Source: a virus (Duplodnaviria > Caudoviricetes). Taken from it: 59,885 nt of DNA. Made by a program: the position numbers and the translations under genes. Shown in pieces: positions 56,773 to 59,885 of this stretch (within the stretch, counting starts at the first letter, position 1; each line of letters opens with the position of its first letter). The stretch covers positions 1-59,885 of IMG/VR virus record IMGVR_UViG_3300017970_000002; one strand, 5' to 3'. The notes below the pieces were generated by a model, which saw nothing but the letters and a program-made list of their open reading frames with translations, was not told the origin of the DNA and did no database searches.

Positions 56773-57249
56773 CTACCCGCCGACCTCCTCGACCGTCACG
56801 CCACCTGATAGGTTTACGGTGCCGGAGACCGTGCTCAGCAGCTCGAACACGAATCCCTCGGACGGGCCAATGGTCGGGCGGGCGTCGGCGGGCCACGTAT
56901 AGTCGTAACCTGCATAGGCGTGGACGCCTGTTTCCTCGATAACCGTGAACGAGCCAGTAGTAGTCGATTTGGTCGTTAGATTGGCACCTGCGGTTACGGT
57001 CGCCGCAGCATCGCCGATGTCAAGCGGGCGAGGAGTGGGAGTCGAGCCGCCAGACCCGACCGAGAACGTCGCCGATGCCAAGCGACAGCGGATCTCCAGC
57101 ATCTGCGCCGTGGGGATTGAGGTATTCGTGCACCCAACACGCGCCCGTTTGATCCTAGCTACACGCGCACCAGTAGGGCCGAGCACGGCCACGAGGTCCT
57201 GCGCGGCAGATACTGAAACGCCTTCAAAGCTGATATCGTAAGTACGCAT
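56773..57249 (-). CDS. Virion structural protein
   Basis: Beta-rich; 'SVSAAQDL'; AGGAGG SD. Confidence 0.65.
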   Translation of the reverse strand: MRTYDISFEGVSVSAAQDLVAVLGPTGARVARIKRARVGCTNTSIPTAQMLEIRCRLASATFSVGSGGSTPTPRPLDIGDAAATVTAGANLTTKSTTTGSFTVIEETGVHAYAGYDYTWPADARPTIGPSEGFVFELLSTVSGTVNLSGGVTVEEVGG

Positions 57250-57266
57250 GCCCGTTTACCCTCCTG

Positions 57267-58508
57267 TTAATTAAGCCACAAAACGTCCTCATATACAACT
57301 GGCGGAATGAACACAGGCGCATTGTCAAGTGTCATCAGATGCGAGAAGCCGGTCCAGGTAATACTAGTCCCAGTGGCGCCCAAAACTATCTGATAGTCAG
57401 TCTCAGCAGATAAAGGCACAGCATCCGTATCAACCGTATCCTCAAAGAAGCCTGTGGAAGACGAACCTATGGAAATGGTCTGGTTCCCATTGGCACCATT
57501 AACCCTGAAGTAACCTGTCGATGCAGCCGTGACCGAATTCGCTGTCAGGTGCAGGAGCAAGTTACTGGCGTTGTACGTAACCTGAGACTTGCATTGCACG
57601 TTAGCCTCTGTCGCAGTACTTGCTGCCGCGGTCCCTGCTACAGACCAGTTCTGCGTGGTATTGGCAGCCGCTGTTATGCCACTTGAGCCACATACTGACT
57701 CAGCCAGACTGTTTGGTGATGTCAACTCACAAGAAACAGGGCCGACGACAAGATTACCAGACCCACTACCCGTAGTCACAGCATAGTCGATCAAAGACCC
57801 AGATGATACCGCGTCAGTGTCCAAAGTGTCCTCAAATATACCCGTGGTATCACTAAGTACAGATATGCCCTCATTCCCATTGGAACCACCTACTCGCATG
57901 GCGATCGTACAGGTGTCAGTCCTAGTGTTGGATATAACATTTATCTGCAAGTCACTAAGTGTACCTGACATGCGCATCTTGTGCTGCTGCTGCGACTCAT
58001 TTGAACCAGCGGTACCTGCACCTACAATGTTGAGATACGTGGTAGTTGAAGTAGATGTGTATCCAGTACCTGACGAGGAAATGGAGTTTATGAGCTTGGC
58101 ACAAGTACCATAAGTTGCAGAAAACAGCGCCGCTACAATACTAAAGCTCATGCTGGTACTTGAGCCACTGCCGACCGTCAGCAGGTAACCTATCTTATTG
58201 CCAGCCGAAATCACATCTGTGTGCGTTGTATCCTGAAACTCACCCGTTGTGCCCGCAGTTATAGACACGACCTCGTTGCCGGACGCACCATTTATGCGCA
58301 AGTGCAGACTGCCATTTCCGGTCGTGGTATTGGCAGTGACGCGGCAGTACAAACCACTGAACACACCGGCTGTGCGATACGTAACTTGAGTCTGACTTTC
58401 AGTGGTGTATATCCCCAGATTCACATGGCCAATGGACCCATACGCACTTACAGCATCATTCTCGCTCCGCGCCGATGGGTAACACGCAATCAAGGTGACA
58501 CCAGACAT
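57267..58508 (-). CDS. Ser/Thr-rich protein with three tandem beta-domain repeats
   Basis: Three copies of 'R.NG..GN..ISI...TTG.F.DT..TD'. Confidence 0.75.
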   Translation of the reverse strand: MSGVTLIACYPSARSENDAVSAYGSIGHVNLGIYTTESQTQVTYRTAGVFSGLYCRVTANTTTGNGSLHLRINGASGNEVVSITAGTTGEFQDTTHTDVISAGNKIGYLLTVGSGSSTSMSFSIVAALFSATYGTCAKLINSISSSGTGYTSTSTTTYLNIVGAGTAGSNESQQQHKMRMSGTLSDLQINVISNTRTDTCTIAMRVGGSNGNEGISVLSDTTGIFEDTLDTDAVSSGSLIDYAVTTGSGSGNLVVGPVSCELTSPNSLAESVCGSSGITAAANTTQNWSVAGTAAASTATEANVQCKSQVTYNASNLLLHLTANSVTAASTGYFRVNGANGNQTISIGSSSTGFFEDTVDTDAVPLSAETDYQIVLGATGTSITWTGFSHLMTLDNAPVFIPPVVYEDVLWLN

Positions 58509-58509
58509 A

Positions 58510-58920
58510 TCAGGGTATGGCTACTCCGGCTGTGACTACAACTGTACCTGATCCAAAGGTCGAGTTACAGTAATTCTGCAAGCTGGTTACATTAGCAGCC
58601 GTGGCCCCCGGAAAAGTCACGTTCAACACGCGACTGGCTCCTGTACCAGAGTAACTCCACGGAATTGTCAGAGGGTCCACGGTAGCAAGTACGGACACCA
58701 TCTGCGCACAGACTAGGTTCTTGCGCGTGTTCTCAGACACAAGAACCGCATACAACGCTGAGGGTGATGTCGCAATGCTCGTGTGAGCTGAGCACACCTG
58801 CTCGATGTTGGACGGAGTATGCACCCTAGAGGTAGCCGCAACCGTCGTGTTCCACTGATAGTCGATCACACAGTAGGGCGGCACACAGGTATCGGGAGTC
58901 CAACGCGTCGTCGTTATCAT
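58510..58920 (-). CDS. Hypothetical structural protein
   Basis: 'WTPDTC..C','C..H','EN.RKN'. Confidence 0.65.
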   Translation of the reverse strand: MITTTRWTPDTCVPPYCVIDYQWNTTVAATSRVHTPSNIEQVCSAHTSIATSPSALYAVLVSENTRKNLVCAQMVSVLATVDPLTIPWSYSGTGASRVLNVTFPGATAANVTSLQNYCNSTFGSGTVVVTAGVAIP

Positions 58921-59282
58921 TTATAGTCCAAGTCCACCACGACCTCGTTCGCGTTGATCGCTGTTGTGTCTGAGTCGGCAATTCCGCCTGTTATTGCAAA
59001 GGCTATTCCGTTCACGAACGCCTTGCCATAGGTGAAGGTGTAATTAGAGCCTGCGCCAGCCGTGTTGCCAGGGATGATATAAGTCTGAACAGGAACGCTC
59101 GTACCTACAGAAGGCGCGGTCGCACTATCATATAGCTTAAGGTATCGCGGACTGGCATTTATGTTGCCTGCGGCCAAACCATATAAGATACCAGCGGACG
59201 CCTTGACCGAGGTCGCATTAGTACCTGCCGCGCTGATTAAGTGATACGGGATTGCGCCGACGACGCCACGGAACGCACTCAT
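58917..59282 (-). CDS. Virion structural protein
   Basis: 'VKASAG.LYG','RYLKLYD.ATAP.VGT','F..GI..A.T'. Confidence 0.75.
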   Translation of the reverse strand: MSAFRGVVGAIPYHLISAAGTNATSVKASAGILYGLAAGNINASPRYLKLYDSATAPSVGTSVPVQTYIIPGNTAGAGSNYTFTYGKAFVNGIAFAITGGIADSDTTAINANEVVVDLDYK

Positions 59283-59803
59283 TACATCACCATGACCTCG
59301 ACCCCGAGTTGTTGACCGGCTGCGGTAGACATCGCACTTAGGTAGCCAAACGGAATGTTCTGATAGGTTGACTCGTATTCGTGCATGTCATCCGGGTTTA
59401 GGCTATAGGCGTAACTCGTTGCTGTCATCGCACTGGAGCCAACGAGGACCTGCGCGGTGTTCGCGTGAGTCGCGTACAAGTTGAAGGAGCGCGCGGCGCC
59501 TGGGCAGTTCGCGTCAAGCTGCGCGCGAACGAGTGCGAGGATGTTGTAGACTTGATTCGCGTTCGCGAGCGTGATTGTACCAGCTACGTAAGCTGACGAC
59601 ACGTGCTGCCTCCTGAACTCATCGGCCCTCTGCTCCTTTATCAGACTGACGAGGGTGCCCAACGCGCCGACCACATCGTCCCATTGGCGCACCAAGCCGG
59701 TGAAGGCCATCAGGTACCGATCCCGATTGCGCCACAGGTACACCGGCACGCCAACGATAACCACGAGAATCAGAACTTGCGTAACGACCAGGAGCCACAG
59801 CAT
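59282..59803 (-). CDS. TM-anchored beta-domain protein with nested GTG start at 59602
   Basis: N-terminal TM; internal AGGAGG 6 nt before in-frame GTG. Confidence 0.65.
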   Translation of the reverse strand: MLWLLVVTQVLILVVIVGVPVYLWRNRDRYLMAFTGLVRQWDDVVGALGTLVSLIKEQRADEFRRQHVSSAYVAGTITLANANQVYNILALVRAQLDANCPGAARSFNLYATHANTAQVLVGSSAMTATSYAYSLNPDDMHEYESTYQNIPFGYLSAMSTAAGQQLGVEVMVM

Positions 59804-59885
59804 CTACCCTCGCTTCGACCGGCCACGCTTCCCTTGGCGCTTAAACGGGATCTTCGCACCGGCTTTACGTGCCTGAGAGAGTGCG
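59763..59885. repeat. Terminal direct repeat, right copy
   Basis: Identical to 1-123. Confidence 0.97.

Overview
The window is a complete, circularly permuted genome of a tailed phage, about 59,762 bp unique. Bases 1-123 repeat exactly at 59763-59885, which is the assembly overlap. Gene order is podovirus/P22-like. On the minus strand are terminase, portal, scaffold, major capsid, adaptors, a tail hub protein, ejection proteins, many fibre/LamG-like proteins and a SleB-like hydrolase. On the plus strand (16463-36340) is an early/replication arm with an AAA_25 helicase, an iteron origin, a Cas4-like nuclease, a Sak4-like ATPase, an SSB, a Pif1-like helicase and a UDG-PolA fusion. A Solibacter-type repeat domain suggests an Acidobacteriota (Bryobacterales) host; this is inference. 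I saw no integrase, tRNA, CRISPR array or recognisable primase. The top finding is a putative trans-acting RNA regulatory circuit. A three-hairpin intergenic RNA at 29304-29540 has a 24-nt antisense match to the switchable 5' leader of the helicase gene and three separate antisense matches to the leader of the major capsid gene. Other findings are four glycosyltransferase-type genes (one fused to a sulfotransferase), a PolA with altered steric-gate and O-helix residues, protamine-like micropeptides, and split or nested structural genes. All protein family calls come from motif recognition by eye, not from database searches.
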